A DNA stretch of 64,000 nucleotides from Cyanophora paradoxa CCMP329 (Eukaryota; Plantae; Glaucophyta): NCBI GenBank assembly GCA_004431415.1, contig QPMI01000190.1, forward strand, positions 62,001 through 126,000, given 5' to 3'. Within the stretch, counting starts at the first letter, position 1. Each line of letters opens with the position of its first letter. A program made the position numbers and the translations under genes. This document shows, one piece after another, positions 60,540 to 64,000 of this stretch. A model generated the notes under the pieces. That model was given only the letters and a program-made list of their open reading frames with translations. It had not been told where the DNA came from and ran no database searches.

Positions 60540-63157
60540 GCTACGAATAAGTACCGAGGCATCCATATGGGGCCTGGCGCTGTGCGGCCAGACTGCAGGC
60601 GGGAAAGGGGGCCCCGGGGTGGGGCGGGCAGAAAAAGCAATTGCAAAGGGGATCGGAGGGGACGCCAGGGCCGGCGCGCGGGTCAGCTGTCCATGCGGAC
60701 GTAAGCGGAGGGGAAGCGCCCGGGGCTCGCGGGCGCTAGCGTAAACGTCCGAAGCGCCTGCAGGTCCTTGGCAGCCACCGGCTGCCCCTGTCGCTTCACT
60801 GCGAGCCGGGCGTGAGCACAAAACAGGGGCGAGAGGCGCGGCGGGCGTGAGCGGAAAGGTATGCGAGGGAGGCGGGCGCACTGAAGATGACGGACTGGGA
60901 GCGCTCGAGGAGCCAGTCGTGGGAGTGCTTCTGGCGCTGCTCGTGGTCGACGATGGAGGGCCCCATGAAGGAGGCGAAGAGGGTGCGGAAGCGCTCGTTG
61001 GCGCGCAGGTCGATCCAGCGGCAGACGCGCGAGACGAGGAGCGCCCGGTCCGTCCGCAGCCGCATCACCTGCTGGCTGTAGAACGCGATCCGCGTGAGCA
61101 CCCGCCACGACCGGTACACCGCCTTGCACTCGTCCGTGATCCTGCCCGCGCCGCGCGCCAGGTCAGGCCGGCGGGGCGGAGAAGGCCGCGGGGGGATACC
61201 GGACGGTGGCGTAGGTGAGGACGGGGAGGGCAGCGAAGACGACGGCGCCCCACCAGAGCGGCCGTATGAAGAGGAAGACCAGCGTGACGTACGTCAGGTG
61301 CAGCACGGGGCCCAGCACGCACTGCCCGCGCAGCGAACTCGGACCGGATCTAATTCGAACAGACTCGAAAACTCAAAAACGAACGCCGGAGAGGATCTTG
61401 TAGGTGGCGACGACGTCGACGCCCTCGGCCTTGCCGAACCAGTTGCCGAAGAAGCGGGCCCCGAGGGCCGCCGGCGCGTTGAGGACGATCCCGGGGAGGG
61501 CGAACGGGAGGAGCAGGAGGAGGTACGCCGTGCGCCGGCAGAAGACCCACAGGCCCCGCCAGAAGCCCAGCCGCTTCCACTTCACGTGGTGGTCCCGGAT
61601 CGCCATCGAGTCCTGACCCGCCCCAAGCCAAGTCAGAGGCGAGGGGCGGGCGGGGCGGGGCGGGGCGGGGCGGGCGCACCAGCTTCCCTTGGTACTCCTC
61701 GACGTCTTTCCTCAAATGTATCGTCTCTGCCGCGGGGCAGGCTGTGAGCCGCGGGCGGGCGGGCGGGCGGGCGGCAAGCCGAGGGTCGCACCGGGCTCCT
61801 TCTCAGCGGCCGCATACATCGAGAGGAGGGAGCGGGTCAGAGCCACGTACTCCTCCAGCGTCAAGAAGCAGCCTGCGCCCGTGCGCGCCCCGCCCCGCCC
61901 CGTCGCACCCCGTGCACTGCGGGGCGAAGGGCGCGGGGCGGGGACCCTCGGGCTGGAACAAGCGGCGGACGGTGTGAACGAAGTTGAGGGTCGGCCAGTC
62001 GGGCGCGTTGATGGTCAGCGCCCGCACGCGCCGCTCCAGCTCCGTGGTCAGCTCCGCCACGACCTGCAGTCGGGCGCGGTCAGCGCGAGCGCGCGAGCTT
62101 GCGCGTGCGGGCGGGCGGCCTGCGAGCTTAGCGGCTCGGCGGACCTTGCGAGGCTCGCGCTCGTAGGCGTCGACGAGGGTCGGCGGCAGGTCGACCGGCT
62201 TCCCGATGAGGAGCACGCCCTGGGCCCGGAACCGGTGGCCTCGGATGTACGTGAGCCCGCACGGCACGATCTTGAGCCCCAGCGCCGTCGGGCTCGGCGG
62301 GTTCGAGGGCGATTTGCGCTCGTCCACCATAGTCCCGAGCGCGATCCGCGCGCAGCCTGCGTCCGCTCAGCCGCGCATCCTCCGAAAGATGTGCGATGCC
62401 GCGACGCGCGCGCACCGGTCTTGAAGGGCTGCAGCTCGCTCTTGTCGTGCGAGATGCTGCGGGCTCTTCAGCGGAACTCCGTGCGGGAGGACGGGGAGCG
62501 CGCGCACCCTTCCGGGAAGATAGCTATGCACTTCCCTTGCCGGAGGCTCTTGTAGATCTCGCTGAAGGACCAGTCTGGAAAGGTGACGGAAAGGTCACTA
62601 CCGGACGGACCAAGAGGCGAGAAGGCTCGACGCGGGAGAGCCGGCGGCTCACCGTTGTTTTGTTCCTTTCCTTCGTAATCAAGTCTCCGCTTGATCGGGA
62701 TGGCGCCGCATCCTTCCACGAACCAGCCGAGGATGGGGACCCGAAAGAGCGTGTCCTTCGCAATGAAGTGCACATGGCGGTTGACAGCGCTGTACAAAAA
62801 GAGAGCATCGACGAGCCCATTGATCTAAAACTCAGCGTTAGCGGCCCGCGCGAGGGCGAGCTAGCAAGGAGCCCGAAAGCGCGGGGGCAACGAACATGGT
62901 TAACTGCTAGGATGACAGGGTTCCCGTCCTTTGGTATATTCTCGAGGCCGACCTGAGCGCGGGGCGGTCGGCAACGCTTGCGGCAGGGCTCGAATTCGCC
63001 GAGCGCACCACCTCAGTGTCGCGGAAGAACAGGCGCACGATTAACCTGCGCGGCCCGTGAGGAGAAGACTCTGGATTCGATAGCGCGATAGCCCGCACCG
63101 AAAGACGAAGTCAACTATCGGAGCGATGACCTTCAGGCCCCATGCGCAGCATGCCAT
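60540..63157 (-). CDS. Glycerol-3-phosphate acyltransferase (PlsC fold, SCT1/GPT2-like with C-terminal TM region)
   Basis: GLENIPKDGNPVILAVNH|INGLVD (HX4D), FIAKDTLF, GAIPIKRR, IAIFPEG|ISHD...PFKT|G, IVPCGLTY, LPGIVLNAP, DVVATYK. 3' end approximate. Confidence 0.88.
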
Positions 63158-63334
63158 CGCGCCGCAGGTCTAAAAGCCCCGCAGGGCGAAAGCAATCGTT
63201 TAGGTTGATCCAGTCATGTGCTGTGGCGCTATCCCCCGTGCCTGCCCCGCGCTCTCCGACAGAGTGTACCCCCGTCTCCAAAATTCAGAATCCACATTCC
63301 AATTTCGCCCTTTCTTTCGAACGGGACGCGTACG

Positions 63335-64000
63335 ATGCAGACGATCGGCGAGCGGTGCGCTGGCGCGCTCCGCCTCGCCGCATCCCCGCGCTGAGTTCGC
63401 CTCCTGTCGTCAGGTTGCTTCCTCCAGACACTCCTGCGCTTGACGTGAACAAGCGCGCGCACGCGGAGCGCGACAGGGAGCGCGAGTCTCCGCGTGAAGA
63501 GCTCGATGCGAACAAGCCAGCGTCGTATCCCTTCTTCTCAGGCCAGCGCCGCCCCGCGCCCGCAGGCCGCAGGCGCAGCGAGCCTGAGCAAAGAAGCTCT
63601 CATCGCATCGCAGAAGCGCGCGCCGCGACGCCGGAGCGCGAATCGCCCTTGAGCTTTGCGCCAGTGCCCGTCGACGTCGCGCGGGAGCCCGAGGCCCGCG
63701 CGACTGAGCAGAAGAGGGAGCCGGACTCGCAGATCAAAGAGGCAGGCGAAGAATCGGCGGCCGTGAAGGTTGACGAGACTGCATCCCGGCGGCCACCCCC
63801 AGCGGCGGCGCGCGAAGCGCCGAACGCTGAGATGCAGCACCCGCACCGCCACGGCGAGCTCGTCACGCGCGTCGTCGAGCAGCAGGTCCGACAGCCGCGC
63901 GGCTCGCGCAGCACAGCACCTCACCGCCGCGCCAGAAAGTCGCCGAGGACACCTTTCTGCTGTCCACCTGCATCCTCGCGGTGCGAATGCCTCTCCGCCG
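63335..64000 (+). CDS. 5' part of a hypothetical protein running out of the window
   Basis: MQTIGER|LLPPDTPALDVNKRAHAERDRERESP...VTRVVEQQ|KVAEDTFLLSTCILA joined by GT-AG introns. Confidence 0.5.

Noticed and set aside
63538-63924. Minus-strand ORFs at the window end
   Set aside because: The plus strand gives a better spliced reading with proper donor and acceptor sites.

Overview
GC-rich, intron-dense eukaryotic nuclear DNA. Most introns are about 50-90 nt, so the six-frame ORF track only catches exon fragments and the gene models below were joined by hand; their ends are approximate. Two plastid-type presequences with an early Phe (MTAPAF..., MSSGAF...) suggest an alga with a primary plastid, possibly a glaucophyte such as Cyanophora (inference). 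About 18 genes are seen: F-box/WD40, a RING-like protein, a PTEN-like/C2/RING-H2 fusion, a TMC-like channel, an SLC25A44-like carrier, a cyanobacterial-type lumenal TPR protein, a truncated TrpE-like protein, a NO VEIN-like GHKL/DUF3883 protein, an SMCHD1-like GHKL ATPase running into an RWP-RK domain, two N-acylated ARM-type proteins (one clearly importin-alpha-like), B-box/coiled-coil/WD40, a giant repetitive coiled-coil/EF-hand protein, a GPAT, and several orphans. A palindrome- and repeat-rich non-coding element lies at about 32.9-35.2 kb. Most notable: the SMCHD1-ATPase::RWP-RK fusion beside a second GHKL-nuclease gene, very frequent GC-AG introns, an importin-alpha with an acylation motif instead of the IBB domain, and two apparent pseudo-enzymes (TrpE-like and PTEN-like). 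Family assignments come from motif recognition from memory, not database searches.
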